Positions 45,522 through 54,574 of a stretch of 64,000 nt of DNA are shown one piece after another. The DNA is from Candidatus Marinacidobacterales bacterium. GTDB taxonomy: Bacteria > Acidobacteriota > Vicinamibacteria > Marinacidobacterales > SMYC01. Made by a program: the position numbers and the translations under genes. The notes beneath the pieces are model-generated. The model was not told the origin of the DNA. It did not search any database and worked only from the letters and a program-made list of their open reading frames with translations. How positions within the stretch are numbered: the stretch's first letter is position 1; each line of letters opens with the position of its first letter. The stretch lies in assembly GCA_965237955.1 (NCBI GenBank), contig OZ250169.1, positions 3,424,001 to 3,488,000 on the forward strand. The letters are read 5' to 3'.

Positions 45522-46674
45522 CGCACACGTGTTCGCCGGGGCGGGCTTGCCCGGCGCGGCGCCCCTGGGCTCGCGCTTCCAGGTCACGCGCCCGCTTTTT
45601 GTCGACCCAATGCGCGATGAAATCGCCGTAGTCGTTGAAGGGCGTCTCCGGTTTGGGAGGACGCGGGCCAGCGAAGATGTCGGCGACGATCTCGTCGCGC
45701 CAACTTTCGTCGTCGTCGTCGTCATCAGGGGGAGCAAGCTCCTCATCCGGCGCTTTCTCGGGCGGCGGCTCGTTGACGACCTCCGCCTCCGCCGGTTTCT
45801 GCTCCGTGACGAGGCTCGGCCGCTCGAACTTCAGATCCACACCAACGGTGCCAGTGACCTTGCAGATTCCCCGGTGGATGAGTCCGTGATGAATGCGTCA
45901 CACCGAAATGAGATTTCCGAGGTCTTCGCCTCCCAGGTGACTTCGGAACTTGATGTGATGCACGTCAAGCATCTTGCGCATCGTGCACCTAGGGATTTTG
46001 CATTTCCACCCATCCCGATCCAAGACAGCGTCTCGTACTTTGTCGGGAAGCTCTTTTTCGTCCTCCGTCTCGCGCGCGCCTGCTCCGCCCGCGGGCAGAT
46101 GTGTGCCCAAGAACTCGGCTAGCGACGGCTCGAGCACCTGCCACTTCTCGAGCTCGGTACCGCTGAGGCGCTCGGCCAGCTCGTAAGCATCATTCCACAT
46201 GTCCAGGATCTCGACGGGCATCGAGATCGTTAGCGTTGCGAATTGACCGGAACCGCGTCCATCGTGACGCCGCACTTCTTTTTCGAGATCTCGATTCGAA
46301 AGCGCTCGCGCTTTGTCGAGCCACTCGGCTTCCGTTTCGGAAGTCGCGACGGAAACGATCTCCCGCGCTTTGGTCCACGGCAGCTCTCCGGCATCGAAAG
46401 CTTCACGAATTCCCGGGAGCGCCTCGAGTCGGCTTGCAATGAACACCAAGTACTGTGCCTTGCGCGGCTTGATACCGACGAGCTCCATCGCGTAGTCGCC
46501 GATGGACGAGAAGCCTCGCTCCTTGTGAAGCCCCCGCTCGTCGATCTCGTGTAGCCAATACGCGATGTTGCGCTCTTCAAGATGATGACGCGCGGCCGCT
46601 TCGAAGAGTCGCGATTCGATTTGATCGACAGGAAGCCCGGGCTCGAGCCCAGCTTCGGAAGATAGAACGCTCAT
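45522..46674 (-). pseudogene. DUF222-like HNH endonuclease gene with in-frame TGA, 3' end abutting IS630
   Basis: VLDRDGWKCKIPRC..DVHHI..GG..NLISV*RIHH, frame continues to 45502; AGGAGG RBS. Confidence 0.8.
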
Positions 46675-46754
46675 GAAGTCCTCCTTGAAAGAATGTTGAT
46701 TTGGGAGAACAGCGCTCACTGGGCGGGTATCTAACCACGCTGTTCGATAGTGAA

Positions 46755-46783
46755 AGTATAGTGTATTTATAGATGCTCGTCAA
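46755..46783 (-). promoter_or_regulatory. Near-consensus sigma70 promoter of the HNH gene
   Basis: TTGACG-17 bp-TATACT on the minus strand. Confidence 0.75.
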
Positions 46784-46896
46784 AGGGAAAGTCGTTATTC
46801 CGCAAATATTTACGAGTTTATGCTTGAGGCGGCGGCCGGCGAGTCGGGGCCCCGGAGGGCGGACCGAACATCGCGAGGTATTGAGGGCGAGAGGTA

Positions 46897-47029
46897 CTAG
46901 TCCCCTGGATCTTTGATTACTATACAAAGTTAGGCTTTTCGCCAGCCCATAAGATTCATAAGATTCATGCACTTAGAAGGGTTTCGGCAAGCTCTGCTTT
47001 ATCTAGTTTGTTCTGATACAGGGGACTAG
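46897..47029 (-). mobile_element. IS630-derived MITE (133 bp including CTAG flanks)
   Basis: Both ends resemble the two ends of the IS630 at 44333-45521; no transposase. Confidence 0.85.
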
Positions 47030-47433
47030 GTCGCCTCCACCTCCCAGTCTTCATACCGGAGCCCGACGACTCGCGCGAACTCGTCGAGGTTATGGGTCAC
47101 GAGAGTCAAGTCGTTCGCGATGGCCGTGGCCGCGATCATGAGATCGTAAGGGCCGATCGGTGTGCCCAGACGCTCGAGCTCCTGCCGAATCCTTCCATAG
47201 GGCTCGGAGCAGGAATCGTCGAAAGGCAGCGGCGCGAAGGGCTCGAAGAAATCGTGAAGGACTCTGAGATTTTCGGCGGGTCGGCCGCTTTTGCGCGCGC
47301 CATAGACGAGCTCGGCCTTGACCACAGAGGACATGAGCCGCTGGGAAGGTCGCTTCGACTGGAGCCGAGATCGTAACGGATCCGTAGAGTTATTCAGAAT
47401 CCGGATGCAAGCGTTGGTGTCGAGTAGATACAT
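47026..47433 (-). CDS. vapC: VapC PIN-domain toxin
   Basis: MYLLDTN, VKAEL..GA, IGPYDLMIAATA, LVTHNLDEF. Confidence 0.92.
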   Translation of the reverse strand: MYLLDTNACIRILNNSTDPLRSRLQSKRPSQRLMSSVVKAELVYGARKSGRPAENLRVLHDFFEPFAPLPFDDSCSEPYGRIRQELERLGTPIGPYDLMIAATAIANDLTLVTHNLDEFARVVGLRYEDWEVEAT

Positions 47434-47657
47434 CGATCTCCTCTCGAATCTCGACGTCCAAAGATTCTGGCCTTTGTAAGGGGCTCGCCGACCCAACCTC
47501 CAACCACGTTCTCGAAGTAGCCTTCCGGCCACGCGTCCGCTATCTGGCCGCGCACGAGCTCGGCCAGATAGGCCGACACGCTCTGGCGCCTCGACGCCGC
47601 ACGCTGGCGGACCTTCTCGGCAAGGTCTTCTGGCAGATAGAGATGCAGTTGAGCCAT
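47394..47657 (-). CDS. VapB-like RHH antitoxin (possible 3' frameshift)
   Basis: MAQLHLYLPEDLAEKVRQRA..SVSAYLAEL RHH fold, WPEGYF; overlaps vapC. Confidence 0.75.
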   Translation of the reverse strand: MAQLHLYLPEDLAEKVRQRAASRRQSVSAYLAELVRGQIADAWPEGYFENVVGGWVGEPLTKARIFGRRDSRGDRCIYSTPTLASGF

Positions 47658-47777
47658 ACGAAATGTATTTAGCATATACATGGCCGAGCGTCGTTCGGGA
47701 GTCGACGCGTGGGTGGGCCCGGCACCGGCAAGCCCCCCAGTGCGCCCGCCGTGACAACCCTCTATAATGATGGATCC

Positions 47778-49418
47778 ATGAGTCGCCTCATTGCCGACCG
47801 CCTGAGGGAACGCCTCTCCGGCGAGATCGGCACGATCACGAAGTCCCACGGCGGAAAGCTTCGCATCGCGCTCGCGTATCCGAACCGCTACCACATCGGG
47901 ATGTCGAACGTGGGTTTCCAGGCGGTCTACAAATTTTGGAACGAGCTTCCCGACGTCGTGTGCGAGCGGGTCTTCCTCCCCGACGACGACGAGCTCGAAG
48001 AGTACGCGCGCACCGGGGCGCCGCTTCTTTCGCTAGAGACCCAACAGCCTGTTCGTGACTTCGACGTGCTCGCGTTCTCGATCACGTTCGAGCCCGACGA
48101 GGTGAACCTGGTCCGGATTCTGGACCTCGCCGGGATTCCGCCCCTCGCCGCGGACCGAAGCGACAACGATCCGCTCGTCCTCGCGGGCGGACCGATCACG
48201 TTCTTGAACCCCGAGCCGATGGCGCCGTTTCTGGACGTCATCGCGATCGGCGAAGCGGAAGCGCTCTTGCCCCCGCTGACGGAAGCGCTACGCGCATCGA
48301 CGGCAACCCGCGATGTCCTGACCCGGCTCGAGCAAGAAGAAGGCATCTACGTGCCGGCTCGCCACCGTCCATCGAAGCTCGTACGGGCGAAGATGGGTAA
48401 GCGCGCGGACTTCCCGCCGCCGGCCACGTACGTCTTGACGCATGCGACGGAGATGTCGAACAAGTTTCTCGTCGAAGTCTCGCGTGGGTGCCCGACGCTG
48501 TGCCGTTTTTGCTGGGCGGGTTACAACTACCTTCCCAAGCGTTCGTTCCAGATCGAGAAAATCCTCGAAGTCGCGCGCGAAGCTCGCCAGCACACCGATC
48601 AGATCGGGCTAGTCTCGACCGCGGTCGGTGCCCATAAAGAAATCGTTCCGCTGTGTGAAGCGCTCAAAGATATGGGCTATCGCGTCAGCGTTTCGTCGTT
48701 GCGTTTCGAAGATCTCCGGGGAGAGCTCCTCGATCCGCTCTCGGGGAGTGGGGAGAAGACGCTCGCGGTCGCGCCCGAGGTCGGCACCGATCGCCTACGA
48801 TTCGCCATCCACAAGCGCGTTCCCAATACCGAGATTCTCGAAAAAACCGACCTCATCTTCTCCCGGGGCATCGAGAACTTGAAGCTCTACCTCATGGTCG
48901 GTCTACCCACAGAAACACAGGAAGACATCGAGGGGATCGTCGATCTCGTCTCCCGTATTCGTGAACAGCTGATCGCACACGGTAGGATTCGTGGTCGAAT
49001 AGGCCGTTTGATACCGAGCGTCAACCCTTTCATCCCCAAGCCGGGAACTCCGTTCCAGTGGCACGCGATGGAAAAAACCAATGTCCTCGCGAAGAAGATG
49101 CAGTACTTGAAGCGTGCGTTCGCGCGGATGCCCAACGTCGATGCGAACTTCAAATCGCCGCGGCAGGAAAAGCTTCAGGCACTTCTCTCGCTCGGTGATC
49201 AACGTGTAGCGCCGGTCCTCCTGCGCCTCGCGCGCGGTGAAACGAACTTCGGTCGAGCCCTGAAAGAATCCGGCATCGATCTCGACGCGTACATCCACCG
49301 TGAGCGATCTCTCGACGAGCCCTTGCCTTGGGGGCACATCGACAACGGCATGAAGCCCGAGCTTCTGGAAAGCCAGTACGAGAAAGCCCAAGCGAGTGTC
49401 GCTCTCGCGCCCGCCTGA
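47778..49418 (+). CDS. B12-binding-like radical SAM protein
   Basis: YPNRYHIGMSN, EVSRGCPTLCRFC, YLMVGLPTE, FIPKPGTPFQW. Confidence 0.9.
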   Translation: MSRLIADRLRERLSGEIGTITKSHGGKLRIALAYPNRYHIGMSNVGFQAVYKFWNELPDVVCERVFLPDDDELEEYARTGAPLLSLETQQPVRDFDVLAFSITFEPDEVNLVRILDLAGIPPLAADRSDNDPLVLAGGPITFLNPEPMAPFLDVIAIGEAEALLPPLTEALRASTATRDVLTRLEQEEGIYVPARHRPSKLVRAKMGKRADFPPPATYVLTHATEMSNKFLVEVSRGCPTLCRFCWAGYNYLPKRSFQIEKILEVAREARQHTDQIGLVSTAVGAHKEIVPLCEALKDMGYRVSVSSLRFEDLRGELLDPLSGSGEKTLAVAPEVGTDRLRFAIHKRVPNTEILEKTDLIFSRGIENLKLYLMVGLPTETQEDIEGIVDLVSRIREQLIAHGRIRGRIGRLIPSVNPFIPKPGTPFQWHAMEKTNVLAKKMQYLKRAFARMPNVDANFKSPRQEKLQALLSLGDQRVAPVLLRLARGETNFGRALKESGIDLDAYIHRERSLDEPLPWGHIDNGMKPELLESQYEKAQASVALAPA

Positions 49419-50080
49419 ACGTGTTCGACTCCAAAATCACAGATGATCTCGAATTCCTGACGTGTAAGGCTCTCGAAGAGCACGGCGTGCCCCACGCGTT
49501 CACGTCGCGACATAACGGTTTCGGTGAGCGGGCCAATGGCCCCGACGACCATGCGGCGCTGGCCCATGCGCTGAATCTCGACACGCTGGCACGATGAAGC
49601 AACTCCACGGGCGCGACGTCCAATTGATTACCGAAGCCGAGCCGACGCCGGAGTGCGACGGGATGGTGACGGACGAGCCGGGACTCGGCCTGGTCGTGCA
49701 CACCGCTGACTGCCTCCCCATGCTCATGTGGGCCGAGAAGGCCAATGCCGTTTTCGGCCGTGCACGCCGGGTGGCGCGGCACGCTCGCGAACGTCGCCGC
49801 GGCGGCGGTCGAACAGCTCATGAGCGAAAAGGCGGCGTCGGCCGAGGAGCTTCATATCGCGATCGGTCCCGCAATCCGCGCGTGCTGTTTCGAAGTCGGC
49901 GATGAAGTCGTCGATGCAGGCCGCGACGCGGACGCCATCTCACGGCCGGGGCCGAGAGCACGCCGCCATGTCGATCTCATCGAGGACAATCGACACCAGC
50001 TGCTCTCGGCGGGCATCCGGCCGGATCGAATCTACGACAGCGGACTATGCACCGCCTGCGCGAACGAGCGGTTTTATTCT

Positions 50081-51799
50081 GGTTCTCCTGTCGTTTCGGG
50101 GGATCTGATTTGTGTTGGAGGGCATGGCCTATGGACGCTGCCGCGATTGTGGAAAACGCCGGAAACTCCGGGCGAGAGAGGCGTTTAGGGAAAGGTTGTG
50201 AGCACGTACAAACGTGGAGCGGCGTTTTCCACAATCGCTTGGAAAACGCTTCGCGTTTCCCACGAGCGCCCACAGGCCCCACCTGATATATATACAAGAA
50301 AGATTAATTCATATGGAATAAGGAAGGGGGGGCTCGATTAGTGGAGGCTATGGAAAACGCCCTTCCAGGCTTCGAAGAGAACTCAGTCGTGAGCAAGGTC
50401 TGAACGACCAGAACCGTGGGGGCGTTTCCCACAGCCTCGTCTCCCGCTGAGGGGCAGTGGCATTTGGTGAGGCCCGTGGGTTGAGAGGGTAAGCCATGTG
50501 TAGATGCGCATCGGCGAGAACGCTAGAATCTTTTTTTCCGAAAGAGAAAAGAGCGTTCCCGCGATGCGCGTTACTACGTTAGTCAACAAGCTCATCGGAT
50601 TGCAAGGCCTGTGGGTCCGAGGTTTCCACTTCCAGGCGGACAAAGCCAGAGTGGTGGTGGATGTAGTACCACGGAGGAGGAAGCCTCTGTGCGGGATTTG
50701 CGGACGAAAGGTCCGCAAGAACAAAGATCGCTACAATCGCTACTGGCGGCACTTGGACCTGTTCGGAGTCCGGACCTATCTTCGCTACTCGATCCGACGA
50801 GTGGTATGTCGGCGGTGTGGAGTGGTCAGAGAAAAGGTGCCTTGGGCCGACAAGGGAAGCCGCTTTACCAAAAGCTTCGAACAAGAGGTAGCGTGGCTGG
50901 CACAGAGGACGGACGTCAGCGCCGTAGCGAACTATTTCCGAGTGACGTGGCGTTCGGTGCGACGGATCATCCAGCGAGTGGTTGCCGAGCAGCGGGATGA
51001 GCGGCGCGAGCTCGATGGATTGCGGGTGATTGGGATGGACGAGATCAGCTACCGCAAACGCCACAAGTACTTAACAGTGGTAATAGACCATCTCAGCGGC
51101 CGGGTCGTCTGGGCGGGAAAGGAGCGCAAGGCCAAGACGCTGCTGCGGTTTTTCCGCAAGCTCGGACCACAAAGAGCCGCGGAGCTCGAAGCGGTCAGCA
51201 TGGACATGTGGGAGCCGTACATAACTGTCGTCGGCAAAAAGGCTCCTCAGGCACGGGTGATCTTTGACCGCTTCCACATCGTCAAGCATCTGAACGAGGC
51301 CGTGGATAAGACCCGGCGCGAGCTGGTGCGCGAGCTCAAAGGGACTGCCCGGCGCAACCTCAAGAACACCAAGTTTCCCCTTCTCAAGGCCAAACACAAC
51401 CGCAGCGCGAAAGACAAACGGGTGCTCCGCGAGCAGGTGCGAGCTAATCGTCGCCTCTACCGCGCCATGCTTCTGCGCGACGACTTCATGGACCTCTACA
51501 CCTACAAAACCGAGACATGGGCCAAGAAGTTTCTCCGAGGATGGCTGCGGCGCGCTATGAGCTCGAGGATAGAGCCCGTCAAACGCGCGGCGAAGATGAT
51601 CCGCAGCCACTTCGATGGCGTCATCGCGTGGGTCACGTGGAGACTCAGCAACGGCCGACTCGAAGGAATGAACAACAAAATCCGGCTGCTGAGCCACCGC
51701 AGCTTTGGACTCCACTCTGCCGAAGCTCTCATCAGTCTCGTCTACCTAAACTGTGGCGGTCTCACCCTCGAGAGGATCCACTGAAATGGCAGGAGAGGC
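50081..51799 (+). mobile_element. ISL3-family element
   Basis: IRs GGTTCTCCTGTCGTTTC / GAAATGGCAGGAGAGGC; 8-bp TSD TTTATTCT (50073-50080, 51800-51807). Confidence 0.93.
50564..51784 (+). CDS. ISL3 transposase
   Basis: Zn finger CGIC..CRRC, GMDE, SMDM, DRFHIV, SNGRLEGMNNKI. Confidence 0.95.
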   Translation: MRVTTLVNKLIGLQGLWVRGFHFQADKARVVVDVVPRRRKPLCGICGRKVRKNKDRYNRYWRHLDLFGVRTYLRYSIRRVVCRRCGVVREKVPWADKGSRFTKSFEQEVAWLAQRTDVSAVANYFRVTWRSVRRIIQRVVAEQRDERRELDGLRVIGMDEISYRKRHKYLTVVIDHLSGRVVWAGKERKAKTLLRFFRKLGPQRAAELEAVSMDMWEPYITVVGKKAPQARVIFDRFHIVKHLNEAVDKTRRELVRELKGTARRNLKNTKFPLLKAKHNRSAKDKRVLREQVRANRRLYRAMLLRDDFMDLYTYKTETWAKKFLRGWLRRAMSSRIEPVKRAAKMIRSHFDGVIAWVTWRLSNGRLEGMNNKIRLLSHRSFGLHSAEALISLVYLNCGGLTLERIH

Positions 51800-51877
51800 T
51801 TTATTCTTATCGGAAAGAGGGGAAGGGTGTGGGGCGCCTGATGGGAGTGATTGCGATAAAGTCGGGCGTGATCGCGG

Positions 51878-52600
51878 TCAAGTCGTAGCGGCCGTCTCTT
51901 CTTCCATGTAATAGAGGATGCGAGTGCAGCTACCGCAGTTGTGCTTGTCCCCGAGCTTGAGCTCGTGGAACGCTTGCGGGCGTATCCGCACCATGCACAC
52001 CTGACAGCGCTCCTCCACGGCAGCCGCCATGGCGACGCCGCCCCGTGTTTTCGCGATCCGCTGATACTCCTCGAAGAGATCCCCAGGGATTACTGACAAG
52101 AGCTCGACCCGGGATTTCTGTCGCTCGGCGAGCTCGGCCTCGAGCTTCACCTTCTCGGCCTCGAGCTCTTTTTCCATGCCGCTGACTTTTTTCTGGCCTT
52201 CTTTCAGCTCCCGCTCTCGCGCGGCGCGTTCCTGCTCGAGCTCCTCGAGCGTGTCCAGACCTTGAAGGATCTTGGTCTCGACGTCCCCGATCTCGTTCTT
52301 CGTGACCTCGATCTGCTTCTGCATGGCCTTGTACTCTTCGTTGGACTTCACGCTCATCAGCTGGTTTTGGTACTTGCTCGCCTTCTCTTCGGCGGTCGAC
52401 AGCTCACCTTCAGCCGCGCGCTGGCGTTTTTGAGCCTCGGCAAGGGCGTCCTCGGCCGCCTTCAAATCATTCTTCTCGGTCGCGATCTCCCGCTCGAGCG
52501 CCTCGACTTCTTTTGGGATCTCCGCGAGACGCGATTCGAGCGTGCGGATCTCATCGTCGCGCGCTTGAAGCTCTACCAGGTTAGAAATCTCAGCCTTCAT
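51878..52600 (-). CDS. Coiled-coil C4 zinc-ribbon protein (CT398/HP0958-like)
   Basis: Long coiled coil then CQVC..CGSCTRIL. Confidence 0.88.
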   Translation of the reverse strand: MKAEISNLVELQARDDEIRTLESRLAEIPKEVEALEREIATEKNDLKAAEDALAEAQKRQRAAEGELSTAEEKASKYQNQLMSVKSNEEYKAMQKQIEVTKNEIGDVETKILQGLDTLEELEQERAARERELKEGQKKVSGMEKELEAEKVKLEAELAERQKSRVELLSVIPGDLFEEYQRIAKTRGGVAMAAAVEERCQVCMVRIRPQAFHELKLGDKHNCGSCTRILYYMEEETAATT

Positions 52601-52631
52601 GAATCAGGGCCTTTCTTTTTGCTCTCGAAGC

Positions 52632-52663
52632 CAAAAAAAAAGGTGCCGCGGTGGGCACCTTTC
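52632..52663 (-). terminator. Rho-independent terminator after the tRNA
   Basis: AGGTGCC-CACCGC-GGCACCT hairpin running into a long T-tract on the minus strand. Confidence 0.75.
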
Positions 52664-52759
52664 GCGAGACGGCCTTCGGAAAGCCCCGGCCAGATGGGGC
52701 CCGGTTGGGGAGGATGCGCTTTGCGAGGTCTTCTCGTTCGTTGCATCGTTTACGTCAAT

Positions 52760-52835
52760 TGGTGGGCCCACTAGGACTTGAACCTAGGACCAACCGGTTA
52801 TGAGCCGGTGGCTCTAACCACTGAGCTATGGGCCC
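52760..52835 (-). tRNA. tRNA-Ile2 (CAT anticodon, lysidine-type; Met not excluded)
   Basis: 76-nt cloverleaf GGGCCCA..TAGCTCAGTGG..CTCATAA..GGTTCAAGTCC..TGGGCCCACCA; typical position after rpoD. Confidence 0.92.
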
Positions 52836-52846
52836 GTAGACCATGC

Positions 52847-54574
52847 TTATATCCTCGAGCCCTCGAGAAATGCTTTGAGCTTGCGGCTCCGCGATGGATG
52901 GCGCAGCTTTCTGAGCGCTTTCGTCTCGATTTGCCGGATGCGCTCGCGCGTGACCGCAAAGCTCTGGCCGACTTCTTCGAGCGTGTGCTCGCTTCCGTCG
53001 CCGACGCCGAAGCGCATCTTGATGACTTTCTCTTCTCTCGGTGTCAGCGTCTTGAGGACCGCTTCGGTCATCTCCCTCAAGTTGGTGTTGATGACCTGCT
53101 CCGCCGGCGAGACGACGCCGCGATCTTCGATGAAATCGCCGAGATGGCTGTCCTCTTCTTCTCCGATCGGCGTCTCGAGAGAAATCGGTTCCTGCGCAAT
53201 CTTGAGCACTTTGCGCACCTTCGACACCGGAATGTCCATACGCTTGGCGATCTCCTCGGATGTGGGCTCGCGACCGTACTCTTGCACGAGGCTTCGCGAC
53301 GTCCGGATGAGCTTGTTGATGGTCTCGATCATGTGCACCGGGATGCGGATCGTTCTCGCCTGGTCGGCGATGGCGCGAGTGATCGCTTGTCGAATCCACC
53401 ACGTTGCGTACGTCGAGAACTTGTACCCGCGGCGATACTCGAACTTGTCGACGGCCTTCATGAGGCCGATGTTGCCTTCTTGAATGAGGTCGAGGAACTG
53501 AAGACCACGATTGGTGTACTTTTTAGCGATGGAGACGACGAGACGGAGGTTGGCCTCGACGAGCTCGGTTTTCGCTTGCTGCGCCTGCGCTTCGCCTTCG
53601 CGCACCGTGTAGAGCGTGTGCTTGAGCTCGACCGGCGTCGCTTCGTACTCGTCTTGAAGCGCTCGAAGCTCGGCGCGAGCTTTTCGGATCTCGCTCCGAA
53701 ACCTGGCACGATCTTCGTCCTTTGCCTTGCCGCGGCCTTTGATGCCGTTGAGTTTGGACTCGTATCGCGTGACGCGTCGCTCGAGCTGCCTCACTTGTTC
53801 GACGCCCGATCGGACTCTCTCGCGCATGCGCGAACGGAATCCTTCGGTGAATTTCAAAACGCGCACTTTCTTGGCGACCTCGATGCGAAGCCGCCCGAGC
53901 TTCCATTTCCCCTTGATGTAGCTCCGGGAGCGTTTCTTCAGCTTGGCGAATCGTTTGCCATAGGTGTTGTACGCTTTGAACGCCTTCTCGAGGCTGTCGA
54001 TCGCCCTCACCGTCTTTCGGCGGTGGTTGTCGATCTTGGCTTCGGTGAGCTCTTCTTCATTAACTATGACGATTTCGCGGATGTTGAGCTCGCAGTCTTT
54101 CAGCGGCTGACGAAGCGCCATGACCTCTTTCGCCACGACGATCGTTCTCGTGATCGCGCGAGCCGCCAAGTTCTTGCCGCGCTCGATGCGTTTCGCGATC
54201 ACGACCTCGCCCTCTCGGGTGAGAAGCGGCACCGTCCCCATCTCTCTCAGGTACATGCGTACCGGATCGTTGGTTTTGTCGAGAGCACCGGGAGTGAGGT
54301 CGAGATGGACGCTTCCGCCTTGTTTGCCCATGCCGGTCAGACCGGCGGCCTTCATTTGCTTGTACTTCTCTTCGGATTCGACGACGTCGATACCGGCGTT
54401 GCCGAACACGTCGAAGAGCTCATCCAGCTCCTCCGAAGAGCTGATCTGGGAGGGCAAGTTCTCGTTGACCTCGTCGTAAAGGAGGTAGCCTTTTTCCTTG
54501 CCCAGCGCGATGAGGGTTTTGACCTCGTCGTATTTCTCTTCGATCGCGGGAGTGCTGATCCTGGTCTCCGTCAT
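52847..54574 (-). CDS. rpoD: RNA polymerase sigma factor RpoD
   Basis: [47 protein letters not shown]. Confidence 0.98.
   Translation of the reverse strand: MTETRISTPAIEEKYDEVKTLIALGKEKGYLLYDEVNENLPSQISSSEELDELFDVFGNAGIDVVESEEKYKQMKAAGLTGMGKQGGSVHLDLTPGALDKTNDPVRMYLREMGTVPLLTREGEVVIAKRIERGKNLAARAITRTIVVAKEVMALRQPLKDCELNIREIVIVNEEELTEAKIDNHRRKTVRAIDSLEKAFKAYNTYGKRFAKLKKRSRSYIKGKWKLGRLRIEVAKKVRVLKFTEGFRSRMRERVRSGVEQVRQLERRVTRYESKLNGIKGRGKAKDEDRARFRSEIRKARAELRALQDEYEATPVELKHTLYTVREGEAQAQQAKTELVEANLRLVVSIAKKYTNRGLQFLDLIQEGNIGLMKAVDKFEYRRGYKFSTYATWWIRQAITRAIADQARTIRIPVHMIETINKLIRTSRSLVQEYGREPTSEEIAKRMDIPVSKVRKVLKIAQEPISLETPIGEEEDSHLGDFIEDRGVVSPAEQVINTNLREMTEAVLKTLTPREEKVIKMRFGVGDGSEHTLEEVGQSFAVTRERIRQIETKALRKLRHPSRSRKLKAFLEGSRI

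Larger units (their letters stand above)
49421..51888 (+). pseudogene. pgeF: PgeF/YfiH laccase-domain protein, split by ISL3 and frameshifted twice
   Basis: QLHG, DG..T, TADCLP, HAGWRG, IGPAI..CCFEVG, CTAC..FYS | YRKEG..GRLMGVI after the IS. Confidence 0.85.

Noticed and set aside
45850-45897. SECIS element after the HNH TGA
   Set aside because: Only a weak stem, with no apical G/GU loop at the expected distance
52640-52740. Possible c-di-GMP-I riboswitch (CGCAAAGC ... GGGGCTTTCCGA)
   Set aside because: The P2 GNRA tetraloop/receptor and GGCAAA elements were not found; the similarity is superficial
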